Assembly (NCBI GenBank): GCA_900553945.1
Contig: USFR01000003.1
Location: 22,568-86,567, forward strand
Reading direction: 5' to 3'
Source: an uncultured Clostridium sp.
Lineage (GTDB): Bacteria > Bacillota > Clostridia > TANB77 > CAG-508
Length of the DNA stretch: 64,000 nucleotides
Part shown: in pieces, positions 32,118 through 42,080 of the stretch
Layout: each line of letters starts with the position of its first letter
Position numbering within the stretch: the stretch's first letter is position 1
The notes under the pieces: generated by a model
What the model saw: only the letters and a program-made list of their open reading frames with translations
Databases searched by the model: none
Told to the model about the DNA's origin: nothing
Program-made: the position numbers and the translations under genes

Positions 32118-33815
32118 ATGAATCAAAAGAAAAAATTTTTTATAAAATTATTATTATTATTTTTAGTATTGCTTTTTTCATTAACAACTGTTGGAAATGC
32201 TAATACAATAAAAGTTGAACAGTCAAGAACGGCTTCAGGTGGTGTTAATATTACGGTTTATTCTGATGTAAAAGTTCAAGAAATTAGAATGTATTTAAAA
32301 TCGTCTGGAAAATGGAATTTATTTTATATTAATACAGAATCTGGATATACAAATAAGAAATTTTTTGTTTCAAAAAATAAAATTTCAATGAGTGAAGATT
32401 CTACTATAAAGATTGTAGTAATCGACCAAAATGGGGATGAAACAACAAATATTGCATCGATAACGCCAAATACAATACCAAGTACAACACCAAGCACGAC
32501 GCCAAGCATAACGCCAAGTACGACGCCAAGCACGACGCCAAGTACAACGCCAAGTACAACACCAAGCACAATGCCAAGCACGACGCCAAGCACAACACAA
32601 AGTACGACGCCAAGCACAACACCAAGCACATCTCCAAGCCCAAGTACTAGTACAAAGCCTTCACAACCAGCTACTGTTAAATCAATAAAGTTAAATAAAA
32701 CATCAGCCAATATTGTTATTGGGGATACACTTCAACTTGTTAAAACAATTACACCTTCTAATGCTACTACTAAATTAACATGGAGTACAAATAATAATAA
32801 GGTAGCTACTGTTGATGGAAATGGTAAAGTTAAGGCAATTGCTAAAGGAACTGCAACAATAACTGTAAAAACAGCTAATGGAAAAAAAGCAACTTGTAAA
32901 GTTACTGTAATTGAAAAACCTGGTTATACAACAAAATTAAATGGTCATACTGTAAAATTACCAACAGGTGATGATAGGGTATATATTTTGGATACACAGG
33001 ATAGAGATGATAAGAATAACAGATATTCTACAAGTGATGCAATAATAATTGAAAGCAACGGAAAATTTGCAATGATTGATACAGGGCTTAAAAGAACATC
33101 AAAACGTGTTATGCAATATTTAAATGATTTAGGTGTTAAGGAACTTGAATTTGTTTTTATTACTCATGCACATATTGATCATGCAGGTGGCTTCCCAACT
33201 ATAGCTAATAGTAATATTAAAGTTAAGGGATTATATATTAAAGATATAAGTAAAAGTACAAGTAACAGAATGGCTGTTTATAACATGGCTATAGCTGCTG
33301 CTAAAAAGAATAACATAAAGATATATAATGTTTCTAATAGTAAATATCAAACTTTAAAATGTGGTGATTTTACTTTCAAATTGTATAATACACCAGATAG
33401 ATTAATAAAAGCTGGAAAAAATAATACTGAGAATGTTAATAGTGTTACTGCACTTACAAAAATACATGGCAAAAAACTTTATTTTGCAGCTGATATTGTA
33501 AATGATGGATATGTTAATTGCAATGCTGAAAATATTGCAGCGAAAGCAGTAGGAAAAATAGATTTTTATAAGGTAGCTCATCATTTGTATTCACCAAATA
33601 ATTCTGTAACTGCTATGAAGATTTTGAATCCATCATCTGCAGTTGCAACAACACAAAAAGGATATGATAAGAGTATAGCTGCGAGAGACAGAGTACTTAA
33701 TAATTCAAATGTTACTGATAAAACATTAAGATATACTGCAGATGGTACTGTTATTTTAACTATTGGTGTTGATGGAAACTTTTCATTTAATAAATTATCT
33801 CAAGATGGCATATAG
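32118..33815 (+). CDS. Secreted protein: signal peptide, (STTP)n Thr/Pro linker, Big_2 Ig-like domain, C-terminal MBL-fold (ComEC-type) hydrolase domain
   Basis: 565 aa. N-terminal signal peptide. Big_2 segment (KSIKLNKTSANIVIGDTLQL...ATITVKTANGKKATCKVTV). MBL motif FVFITHAHIDHAGG. Confidence 0.75.
   Translation: MNQKKKFFIKLLLLFLVLLFSLTTVGNANTIKVEQSRTASGGVNITVYSDVKVQEIRMYLKSSGKWNLFYINTESGYTNKKFFVSKNKISMSEDSTIKIVVIDQNGDETTNIASITPNTIPSTTPSTTPSITPSTTPSTTPSTTPSTTPSTMPSTTPSTTQSTTPSTTPSTSPSPSTSTKPSQPATVKSIKLNKTSANIVIGDTLQLVKTITPSNATTKLTWSTNNNKVATVDGNGKVKAIAKGTATITVKTANGKKATCKVTVIEKPGYTTKLNGHTVKLPTGDDRVYILDTQDRDDKNNRYSTSDAIIIESNGKFAMIDTGLKRTSKRVMQYLNDLGVKELEFVFITHAHIDHAGGFPTIANSNIKVKGLYIKDISKSTSNRMAVYNMAIAAAKKNNIKIYNVSNSKYQTLKCGDFTFKLYNTPDRLIKAGKNNTENVNSVTALTKIHGKKLYFAADIVNDGYVNCNAENIAAKAVGKIDFYKVAHHLYSPNNSVTAMKILNPSSAVATTQKGYDKSIAARDRVLNNSNVTDKTLRYTADGTVILTIGVDGNFSFNKLSQDGI
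32466..32645 (+). repeat. 12-bp tandem repeat (~14 units) encoding (S-T-T-P)n
   Basis: AGYACRACRCCA units repeated head-to-tail with point variants (ATA, ATG, CAA, TCT). Confidence 0.9.
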
Positions 33816-33842
33816 GATTGTAAATGATTTTTTGGAGGATGT

Positions 33843-35165
33843 ATGATACAGATAATATTACTTGTTTGTTTAATTTTACTTAATGCTTTTTTTGCTGCAA
33901 CAGAGATGGCTTTTGTATCGTTAAATGATGCAAAAATCTCTGTTAAGGCAAAAGAGGGAGATAAAAAATATAAGAAAATAGAAAAAATGCTAAAGAGTCC
34001 TAGTAAGTTTTTGGCTACAATTCAAATTGGAATAACGCTTGCAGGATTTTTATCAAGTGCTTTTGCATCTGACGTTTTTGCAAGTCAACTAGCGGTTGTT
34101 CTTTTTAATGTAACTCATGTATTTTCAATTGTTGTATGGCAAAATATTTCTATTGTCTTAATTACAATAATTTTATCTTATTTTACCTTAATATTTGGAG
34201 AGTTAGTTCCAAAAAGAATTGCTATGGAAAATGCAGAGAAATTTTCTAAATTTTCTATTTCAATTATTTCAGCTTTAGCTAAGGTGATGTCTCCATTTGT
34301 TAAGTTCTTAACATGGTCAACGGATGTAGTTTCTAAACTTTTTGGAGTAAAGAAGGAAAGTGAAGAAACTGTTACTGAAGAAGAAATTAGAATGATGGTT
34401 GATGTTGGACAAGAAAAAGGTACAATTAATAATGATGAAAAAGAAATGATTAATAATGTTTTTGAACTAAACGATAAAGAGGTTTCAGAGGTAATGACTC
34501 ATAGAACAGAGATTTTTGCTTTAGATCAAGAAATGACTGCATCAGAAGCTAGTAAGCAATTAATTGAAGAGGATTGTAGATATAGTAGAATTCCTGTATA
34601 TGATGAGGAAATTGATAATATTGAAGGAATTTTATATATTAAAGAATTGTTAAGAGCAAATTCTAATGTAAAAATAAAGAAATTATTGAAGAAAACTATG
34701 TTTATTCCTGAAACTAAGAGAATAAATGAAACTTTTAAAGAAATGCAAAAAGATAAGGTACATATGGCTATTGTTGTTGATGAATATGGCGGAACAGCTG
34801 GACTTGTTACAATGGAAGATATCTTAGAAGAAATTGTTGGTGATATTTATGATGAATATGATCCAATTGAAGAAAAATATGAGAAAATTGATGAAAATAC
34901 TTTTGTTGTTGATGGTCAAATTTCAATTTATGACTTTGAGAAATTAGTTGGAGTAAAAGATATTGAAACTGAATGTGATACTTTATCTGGATATTTAATG
35001 GAACTTATGGATAGAGTTCCTACAGAAGAAGAAAATCCTGTTATAGAAACTGATAAACTTGTTTTTAAAATTGAGGAGTTTGATGAAAGAAGAATTGCAA
35101 AAGTTAAAGTATGTAAAATAAATGTTTCTAAAAAAGAAAATGACGAAGATGAAGAACAAGAATGA
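33843..35165 (+). CDS. Hemolysin/CorC family transporter (CNNM TM domain + CBS pair + CorC_HlyC)
   Basis: 440 aa. N-terminal DUF21 TM region, tandem CBS, C-terminal transporter-associated domain. Confidence 0.85.
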   Translation: MIQIILLVCLILLNAFFAATEMAFVSLNDAKISVKAKEGDKKYKKIEKMLKSPSKFLATIQIGITLAGFLSSAFASDVFASQLAVVLFNVTHVFSIVVWQNISIVLITIILSYFTLIFGELVPKRIAMENAEKFSKFSISIISALAKVMSPFVKFLTWSTDVVSKLFGVKKESEETVTEEEIRMMVDVGQEKGTINNDEKEMINNVFELNDKEVSEVMTHRTEIFALDQEMTASEASKQLIEEDCRYSRIPVYDEEIDNIEGILYIKELLRANSNVKIKKLLKKTMFIPETKRINETFKEMQKDKVHMAIVVDEYGGTAGLVTMEDILEEIVGDIYDEYDPIEEKYEKIDENTFVVDGQISIYDFEKLVGVKDIETECDTLSGYLMELMDRVPTEEENPVIETDKLVFKIEEFDERRIAKVKVCKINVSKKENDEDEEQE

Positions 35166-35235
35166 AGAAAAAAGTCGAAAAATGAAGAATAGAGTTGACA
35201 TAAACAATATGAGGTAGTATAATTAGACTACTGAC

Positions 35236-35465
35236 AAAAAATACATGGTAGGTGAGGCCAGTATAGGGATACGGGTTACTACCGCAAACTAGTGGAGACA
35301 CTACGCGCCGGTTAACAGAGAATGTCGATTCAAGGCATGCTTTAATGTGATTTCATTGCCCTATAACGCTGAAGCTTGTACGGTATATGAAATGTGGTTT
35401 AGGTTAATAATTATATTAATTTAAGTTCTTATTACTGTGCAAGCACGTAATAAGAACTTTTTTTG
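35236..35465 (+). promoter_or_regulatory. M-box (ykoK) Mg2+ riboswitch with terminator expression platform
   Basis: GGTAGGTGAGGC...GTATAGGGATACG...TACCGCAAA...GTTAACAGA...TATAACGCTGAAGCT conserved M-box blocks. Followed by terminator AAGTTCTTATTACGTG.../...CACGTAATAAGAACTT + TTTTTT. mgtE lies downstream. Confidence 0.8.
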
Positions 35466-35595
35466 TGTGGGAATATTCATGGTTAAACAGAAATTTAAAT
35501 AGTTGTGAGTGGATATTAATATGATTTTATAATAGAAAAGTTCTCTATCTTACTGTGTATAAGAATATAAATAATGTAAGAAGGGAGATAATGAA

Positions 35596-36927
35596 ATGGT
35601 AGAAAAATTACAAGAATTATTAGAACAAAAGAAGTATGCGGAGATTCATAAAATGTTAGAAAGTTTGAATAGTGCTGATATCCCGAGTATTTTTGATGAA
35701 CTTGATGAAGAACAAATTGTGATTGTCTATCGTTTATTATCAAAGGATATGGCAGCTGATGTTTTTGTTGAACTTGACCCTGATATGCAAGAGAATTTAA
35801 TTAATGCTTTTTCAGATAAAGAATTAAAAAATGTGCTTGATGATATTTTTATGGATGATACAGTTGATTTGGTTGAAGAGATGCCTGCTAGTGTTGTTAA
35901 GCGTATTTTGAGGGCACAAAATTCTGAAGATAGAAAGATGATTAATGAATTGTTGAGATATCCAGAAGATAGTGCTGGAAGTATTATGACAACTGAGTTT
36001 GTGGATTTAAAAGAAAATATGACAGTTGAAAAGGCTATTGAGAAAATTAGAAAAGTTGGTGATGATGTTGAAAGTATATATGTTTGTTATGTGCTTACAT
36101 TGACAAGACAACTTATTGGAATTGTTTCTTTAAAAGATTTAATTATGGCAGATAAGGTTACTTTAGTAAAGGATATTATGGATAAGAACTTTATTAAGGT
36201 ATCTACTTTGGAGGAACAAGAAGAGGTTGCAAAGAAATTTGATAAGTATGATGAAATTTCTTTACCAGTTGTTGATAATGAAGATCGTTTAGTTGGAATT
36301 GTAACAGTTGATGATGCTATGGATGTTATGCATGAGGAAATGGATGAAGATTTTGAGAAGATGGCTGCTATTACTCCAAGTGAAGATACGTATTTTAAGA
36401 CGAGTGTTTTCAAGCATGCTCGTAATAGAATTTTCTGGTTATTAGTTTTAATGATTTCTGCAACAGTTACAGGAGGAGTTATTACTAAATATGAAGATGC
36501 TTTTGCTGCTATTCCGTTGCTTGTTGCATTTTTACCTATGGTTATGGGGACTGGTGGAAACTGTGGATCACAAAGTTCTACATTAATTATAAGAGGTTTA
36601 GCAAATGATGAAATTAAATTAAAAGATTTCTTTAAAGCTTGGTGGAAAGAAGTTAGAGTTGCATTTTTAGTTGGAATTGCATTATTTATTGCAAATTACA
36701 TTAGAATTATGATACAATACAATAACTTACATTTAGCAATCATTGTTGGTTGCACATTAATGGGAACAGTTACTATTGCGAAATCTTTAGGTTGTATATT
36801 ACCTATGATAGCTAAGAAGTTAAAAATGGATCCAGCAATAATGGCTGCACCATTAATAAGTACAATATTAGATACTTGTTCAGTATTTATTTATTTTAAT
36901 GTTGCTACTTTGGTAATGGGGTTGTAG
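35596..36927 (+). CDS. mgtE: Magnesium transporter MgtE
   Basis: 443 aa. MgtE N-domain, CBS pair, C-terminal MgtE TM domain (PMVMGTGGNCGSQS). Confidence 0.9.
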   Translation: MVEKLQELLEQKKYAEIHKMLESLNSADIPSIFDELDEEQIVIVYRLLSKDMAADVFVELDPDMQENLINAFSDKELKNVLDDIFMDDTVDLVEEMPASVVKRILRAQNSEDRKMINELLRYPEDSAGSIMTTEFVDLKENMTVEKAIEKIRKVGDDVESIYVCYVLTLTRQLIGIVSLKDLIMADKVTLVKDIMDKNFIKVSTLEEQEEVAKKFDKYDEISLPVVDNEDRLVGIVTVDDAMDVMHEEMDEDFEKMAAITPSEDTYFKTSVFKHARNRIFWLLVLMISATVTGGVITKYEDAFAAIPLLVAFLPMVMGTGGNCGSQSSTLIIRGLANDEIKLKDFFKAWWKEVRVAFLVGIALFIANYIRIMIQYNNLHLAIIVGCTLMGTVTIAKSLGCILPMIAKKLKMDPAIMAAPLISTILDTCSVFIYFNVATLVMGL

Positions 36928-36945
36928 TATAAAATGTAGGAGGGA

Positions 36946-37422
36946 ATGAAGAAAAAGATGAAGTTTATTAAAGAATTTAAAGATTTTGCAATGAAGGGAA
37001 ATGTTATGGATATGGCTGTTGGTTTAGTAATTGGTGGTGCTTTCCAATCAATTATTAAGTCATTAGTTGAAGATATAATAATGCCATTTACAGCACTTTT
37101 CACTGGTAGTGTAGATTATACGGATTGGGTTATAGAAGTTTCTACTGCACAAATTCGTATAGGTTCTTTTGTAACAGCTTTAATTAATTTTTTAATTCTA
37201 GCACTTTCAATATTCCTAGCTTTGAAGGTTGTAAATGGAATTAATAATAGATTGGAAAGAATGAATAAGGAAGTTGAAGGAAAACTTGCTAAAAAGCTAA
37301 AGAAAGGTAAGAAAAAGGAAGAGGTTGTTGTTGAACCTGAAACAAAAACATGTCCTTATTGCTTATCTGAAGTTAAATATAAAGCGACCAGATGTCCACA
37401 TTGTACATCTGAATTAAAATAG
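36946..37422 (+). CDS. mscL: Large-conductance mechanosensitive channel MscL with C-terminal zinc-ribbon extension
   Basis: FIKEFKDFAMKGNVMDMAVGLVIGGAF signature. Extra C-terminal CPYC...CPHC motif. Confidence 0.85.
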   Translation: MKKKMKFIKEFKDFAMKGNVMDMAVGLVIGGAFQSIIKSLVEDIIMPFTALFTGSVDYTDWVIEVSTAQIRIGSFVTALINFLILALSIFLALKVVNGINNRLERMNKEVEGKLAKKLKKGKKKEEVVVEPETKTCPYCLSEVKYKATRCPHCTSELK

Positions 37423-37523
37423 TAGGTATAGCAGAAAGAGCGTAGGCGTAGGCTTAATGATTAATTTAACTTAAAAACCTCTTTGCTTTCTGCATATATC
37501 GAAAAGTTTACATACTTTTTTTA

Positions 37524-37563
37524 AAGAGAAACATGCCAATTTATGGTATGTTTCTCTTTTTTA
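37524..37563 (+). terminator. rho-independent terminator
   Basis: AGAGAAACAT...ATGTTTCTCT hairpin followed by TTTTTT. Confidence 0.75.
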
Positions 37564-37592
37564 TGTGAATAATAAATTTGAGGTGTTGATTG

Positions 37593-39810
37593 ATGGAATA
37601 TAAATTAACTGAGGCTTCAAAAAATGTGTGGAATATTTCAGAAAAGATAGCTAAACAATTAGGACATTCTTATTTAGGAACAGAGCATATTTTATATGGG
37701 CTTGTAAAAAATGATATTGGTGTGGTTGCTAGTATTGTTAAGGAAAACAAGATAAATGCAGAGTATATTTATAAAAAAATAGAAGAGATTATTGGGAAAA
37801 ATTCAAGAGTAGATAGAATAATTGGACAGACTCCAAGATTAAAATATATTATGGAATGTGCTTATTTGGAATCTAGAAAGATTGGTTCTGAATACATAGG
37901 AACAGAACAGATTTTAGTTTCGCTATTTTCTGATAAAGAATCGTTGGGATGTAGAATTGCAGTGGATGCTGGTATTGATGTTAATTTGATGATCAGACAA
38001 TTATATAAGAAAATTTATAATACGCCAGAGGATAGAGGAAAAGATTTGAAAGCTCTTGAACTTAGTAAGTATAGTACGGATTTTGTGGAGCAAGCTTCTA
38101 AGAAGGAATTTGATGGAGCTTTTGGTAGAGAGAAAGAGATAGAGAGAATAATAGAAATTTTAGGAAGAAGAAATAAAAATAATCCTTGTTTAATTGGTGA
38201 GGCTGGGGTAGGAAAGACTGCAATTATTGAGGAGCTGGCACTTAGAATTTCAAAAGGTGAAGTTGATGATTTTTTGAAGAATAAGAGAATTATAAGTTTG
38301 GATTTAACTCAATTGTTGGCAGGAAGTAAGTATAGAGGAGATTTTGAGGAAAGATTAAAGAAATGTATAAAAGAAATTATTGATAATAAAAATATAATTT
38401 TATTTATTGATGAAGTTCATATGATTGTTGGCGCTGGTGCAGCAGAGGGAGCAATTGATGCGGCAAATATATTAAAACCACTGCTTGCAAGAGGGGAGTT
38501 ACAATTAATTGGTGCAACGACTATGGAAGAGTATAGAAAATATATTGAAAAAGATACTGCTTTGGCTAGACGTTTTCAATCTGTGATTGTTGATGAACCT
38601 AGTGAAGAGGATGCGATTAGTATTTTGAAGGCTACTAAGAAAAATTACGAGAAGTATCATAATGTTAGTATTTCTGATTCTGCAATTGAGACTGCTGTAA
38701 GACTTTCAATTAAGTATATTCCTGAAAAGTTTTTGCCAGATAAGGCAATAGATTTATTAGATGAAGCTTCTTCAAGAGTGAAAATTAATGAAGAAAAAGA
38801 AGTTGTTGAAGATGTGGATATTGAGAGAGTTGTAACTGCATTAGCTGGTGTTCCTTTGAAGAATTTGAATGAGAGTCAAATTGAAAAGTTGGTTAATATT
38901 AAAGAGAGAATAGAAAATAGAATTATTGGTCAAGATGAAGCGGTTGAAACCATTGTAAGAGCATTAAAGAGGGGAGCTTTTAAATTAAAAAATTCATCTC
39001 GTCCTATGGGAACATTTTTGTTCTTAGGTCCAACGGGAGTTGGAAAGACTGAACTTGCTAAGGTTATTGCAGAGGAGTATTTTGAGAGCAATAAAAATAT
39101 TGTTAGACTTGATATGTCTGAATATATGGAACCTAATTCTGTTTCTAAGATAATTGGTGCTCCTCCACGGATATATTGGATATGATGATGAAAAAAATTT
39201 AGTTAATATAATTAGAAAAAAGCCTTATTGTGTGGTTTTGTTTGATGAGATAGAGAAGGCACATGAGGATGTTTTGAATTTGTTACTTCAAATTTTAGAG
39301 GATGGTAAGCTTACCAATTCAAATGGGGTTACAGCAAATTTTCAGGAGACGTTTGTCATTTTAACTTCTAATTTAGGTGCAAATATAATGGAGGGAAAAG
39401 GTAAGATAGGGTTTCAAAATAATAGTGAAGGATTTGCTAAAAATGAGGTAATAGAAGAGGTTAAGAGATTCTTAAAACCTGAGCTTTTAAATAGAATTGA
39501 TGAAGTTATTGTTTTTAATCATTTGAATGAAAAAGATATTTATAATATTTTAAATAATGAGATAGATCAGTTAAAGGATGTAATGGGAAAAAAGAATATT
39601 TTGTTTGATGTTTCGAAAGAATTTAAAAAATATATGGTAGGGAAGTGTAATTATTTTCAATATGGTGCAAGAACTGTTAGAAGAGAGATGGAAAGAGATG
39701 TTGAGGATTTTATAGTTGATAAATTAATTAATAATGAGATTAAAACAGATGAAAAAATATTACTTGATGTTTATGATAATAAGAAAAGAATTATTAAGTT
39801 GAAGAGTTGA
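37593..39810 (+). pseudogene. ClpC-like AAA+ ATPase, frameshifted near 39178
   Basis: Clp_N repeats, D1 (GEAGVGKT) and D2 (GPTGVGKT). Frame breaks inside the conserved GAPPGYIGYDD motif (reads GAPPRIYWI*). Deleting the C at 39178 restores ...APPGYIGYDDEKNLVN.... The C-terminal part continues in the +1 frame (39154-39810). Confidence 0.85.
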
Positions 39811-39908
39811 AAAAGTAAATGCTATAAAAATATAGAAGAGTATTGAAAGAAAAATGCTATGAGAAATATAGATAAAATTAAACTTAGATCTATTGTTATA
39901 AAAAATAA

Positions 39909-39938
39909 ATGGAGGTCATTAAGACCTCCGTTATTTGT
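39909..39938 (+). terminator. rho-independent terminator
   Basis: GGAGGTCATTAAGACCTCC hairpin followed by a T-rich run. Confidence 0.6.
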
Positions 39939-39939
39939 A

Positions 39940-39996
39940 TATAATAATGCACATAAATTTATTTTGCAATTTTCATGCACGAACGAAAACTTATAC
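39940..39996 (+). repeat. Intergenic repeat family copy 1 (degenerate)
   Basis: TATATAATAATGCACATAAATTTATTTTGCAATTTTCATGCACGAACGAAAAC matches the consensus shared with copies at 47128, 53225(-) and 62245(-). Confidence 0.55.
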
Positions 39997-40033
39997 TAAT
40001 AATGTTATAATAAGGCAAAATTATTATGCTTTA

Positions 40034-42019
40034 TTATTTTGTTCCATATATTCTGTCACCAGCATCACCTAAACCAGGTACTATATAAGCATTTTCATTT
40101 AAGTGGTCATCGATTTTAGCACAATATATTTGTACATCTGGATGTTTTTCCTGAACTTTTTTAAGCCCTTCTGGTGCAGCTATTACACATAAGAATTTTA
40201 TTTTCTTAACATTTTTTTCTTTTAATAAGTCGATTGCATCAATGGCACTTCCACCTGTTGCAAGCATTGGATCAAGAAGGATAACTTCTTTTTGATCAAT
40301 GTTTTTGGGAACTTTGAAGAAGTAATTTACTGGTTTGTGTGTGTTTTCATCTCTGTACATTCCAATATGTCCGATTTTTGCATTTGGTATAACTGTTATT
40401 ACTCCGTCAAGCATTCCCATTCCAGCTCTTAAGATTGGAACAAATGCATATTTATCTTCATTTAATTTTTTAGTTTTCATTTTGCATATAGGTGTTTCAA
40501 TTTCTGTGTCTTCTAATTCTGCATCTTCCATTGCTTTGTAGCAAAGGAATGTTGCAATTTCTCCGGCTAATTCTCTAAATTCTTTTGTTCCTGTGTTTTT
40601 ATTTCTTAATATTCCTAATTTATGTTCAATTAGTGGATGGTTTAATTCGATTATTTTTTTTGAATTACTCATTTTTTCTTGCTTCTTTGTTTGTGAATCA
40701 TTATTTGGCGTTTCTGTAATGTTTTCTTCTTTTTCATTTGGTAATAATAGATTTAGTAAAATACCTATGATTGCTGCTAAGCTCATTCCTGAAAATGATA
40801 ATGAAAAGTCTCTATAATTGAAAGATAATATTGCTCCTCCAAGTCCTAATACAAGCATGCTTGATGCTAAGATAACGTTTTTATTTTTTCCAAAATCAAT
40901 TTTATTTTCAATTAAAACTTTAAGACCATTTACTGCTATGAATCCATAAAGTAGAAGAGATACGCCTCCAAGTACGCAGTTAGGAATTGTACTAACTATT
41001 GCTGTGAATTTTCCTAAGAAACCTAAGCAAATTGCAAATATTGCTGCAAGTCCAATTACCCAAACAGATGCGATTTTTGTCATACCAACTACTGATGTAT
41101 TTTCACCATAAGTTGTATTTGCTGGTCCTCCAAGAAGTCCTGCTACAAATGTTGCTAATCCATCTCCAAGAAGTGTTTTATCAAGTCCTGGATTTTTTAA
41201 TAAATCTTTTCCTATTATTGCACTTAATGCTGTGTGATCTCCAATATGTTCAGCAATTGTTACTAATGCAACTGGTGCAATTGTTAGTGCTGCTGCAAAT
41301 GATGGAGTATAGTTTAAAAATGGGATTGAGAATTTAGGAATGCTAAAGAATGCTGCGTTTAAGATTGGTTGAAAATCAACTAATCCAAAGCATATTGCAC
41401 TTATGTATCCTACGATTATTCCTATTAAAAATGGTATTATTTTTAGGAATCCTTTTCCTTTTACCATTATTAATGCTGTTGTTAAAAATGTTATTAAAGC
41501 TACGATTACGCCTTTCCATTCTAATTGTGTGTCTGATGAAAGACCTATTTGACTGATTGCATTTGGTGCTAAACCTAGACCAATTATCATTATCATTGGG
41601 CCTATAACAACTGGTGGTAAAAGTTTGTGAATCCATTCTTTACCTATTAGTCTTATGATGATTGAGAATATTACATATATAATACCTACAATCATTATAC
41701 CTGTCATTGCTCCTGCAACTCCACCTTTAGCATAGCCTGCTGCGATTGGTGCAATGAATGCAAATGAGCTTCCAAGGTACACAGGAGATTTTGCTCTAGT
41801 ACATATAATATAAATTAATGTTCCAATTCCTGATGTAACAAGTGCTACTGGTATTGTTAAAACTTCTGCTCCTGCTGTTGAATTTACTAGTATTGGAACT
41901 AAAATTGTTGCTCCAAACATAGCAAATACGTGTTGTAGAGCCAATATAATCCATTGTGCTAGTTTTGGCTTTTCGTTTACGTCTAAAATCAGTTTGCTGT
42001 TTTTTGTTGTTTCTTCCAT
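40034..42019 (-). CDS. Uracil permease (NCS2) fused in-frame to uracil phosphoribosyltransferase
   Basis: N-terminal ~440 aa NCS2 permease (ALQHVFAMFGATILVPILV signature, 12 TM). Linker NEKEENITETPNNDSQTKKQEK. Then a complete Upp (MSNSKKIIELNHPLIEHK...DPMLATGGS...GLGDAGDRIYGTK). RBS AAGGAGG 7 nt upstream of ATG at 42019. Confidence 0.85.
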   Translation of the reverse strand: MEETTKNSKLILDVNEKPKLAQWIILALQHVFAMFGATILVPILVNSTAGAEVLTIPVALVTSGIGTLIYIICTRAKSPVYLGSSFAFIAPIAAGYAKGGVAGAMTGIMIVGIIYVIFSIIIRLIGKEWIHKLLPPVVIGPMIMIIGLGLAPNAISQIGLSSDTQLEWKGVIVALITFLTTALIMVKGKGFLKIIPFLIGIIVGYISAICFGLVDFQPILNAAFFSIPKFSIPFLNYTPSFAAALTIAPVALVTIAEHIGDHTALSAIIGKDLLKNPGLDKTLLGDGLATFVAGLLGGPANTTYGENTSVVGMTKIASVWVIGLAAIFAICLGFLGKFTAIVSTIPNCVLGGVSLLLYGFIAVNGLKVLIENKIDFGKNKNVILASSMLVLGLGGAILSFNYRDFSLSFSGMSLAAIIGILLNLLLPNEKEENITETPNNDSQTKKQEKMSNSKKIIELNHPLIEHKLGILRNKNTGTKEFRELAGEIATFLCYKAMEDAELEDTEIETPICKMKTKKLNEDKYAFVPILRAGMGMLDGVITVIPNAKIGHIGMYRDENTHKPVNYFFKVPKNIDQKEVILLDPMLATGGSAIDAIDLLKEKNVKKIKFLCVIAAPEGLKKVQEKHPDVQIYCAKIDDHLNENAYIVPGLGDAGDRIYGTK

Positions 42020-42048
42020 TACAGAATACCTCCTTAAAATTTTTGGGA

Positions 42049-42080
42049 ATAAAAAAAATACTAGAAACAAATCTAGTATT
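42049..42080 (-). promoter_or_regulatory. Terminator/attenuator hairpin in the 5' leader of the permease-upp fusion gene
   Basis: On the - strand, AATACTAGATTTGTTTCTAGTATT + TTTTTTTT sits immediately upstream of the RBS. This suggests a leader control element (riboswitch/attenuator platform). Confidence 0.45.

Noticed and set aside
32466-32645. CRISPR array
   Set aside because: The repeats are 12 bp, contiguous and without spacers. They sit in-frame inside a coding gene. No cas genes.
32324-32710. Three overlapping minus-strand ORFs (LGVVLGVV..., CAWRRAW..., LCLASCLA...)
   Set aside because: Produced by the 12-bp tandem repeat read in antisense. Periodic, low-complexity, and inside a well-supported + strand gene.
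40335-41636. Several 68-101 aa ORFs antisense to the permease-upp fusion gene
   Set aside because: They are fully nested antisense to a strongly supported CDS. Leucine-rich and low-complexity, as is typical of antisense permease genes.
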